Origin: the human T2T-CHM13v2.0 reference genome, Homo sapiens
Length of the DNA: 64,000 bases
Direction: 5' to 3' (one strand)
NCBI RefSeq assembly: GCF_009914755.1
Contig: NC_060927.1
How positions within the stretch are numbered: the stretch's first letter is position 1; the number at the start of each line of letters is the position of its first letter. This document shows positions 63,986 to 64,000 of the stretch, in pieces. The notes beneath the pieces are model-generated. The model was not told where the DNA came from, made no database searches, and worked only from the letters and a program-made list of their open reading frames with translations. A program made the translations under genes and the position numbers.

Positions 63986-64000
63986 CTACACAAGAAAGAC

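Overview
Primate (human-like) nuclear DNA, AT-rich and dominated by interspersed repeats. Bases 1-43,100 are mostly a stack of nested, nearly all plus-strand LINE-1 copies of different ages: L1PB-like, old L1M, a near full-length L1MA1/2-type element, and a full-length L1PA7/8-type element with TSDs. Alus, MaLR/ERV LTRs, a full-length Tigger1, L2 and MIR fill much of the rest. No intact protein-coding gene can be supported; the listed ORFs are mostly broken L1, Alu or Tigger frames. Signals not explained by ordinary repeat annotation: (1) a ~600-bp inverted duplication (47,716-48,316 vs 53,739-54,341) with a perfectly identical ~310-bp core flanking a 5.4-kb spacer, a candidate recurrent inversion or gene-conversion substrate; (2) several short insertions copied from templates a few kb away, plus fold-back quasi-palindromes, consistent with template-switch repair scars; (3) plus-strand exon-like islands with splice signals and nearly open frames, possibly an unrecognised decayed gene; (4) possible minus-strand exons at the right edge. 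Subfamily names are by eye and approximate. I found no evidence for a novel multi-gene system.
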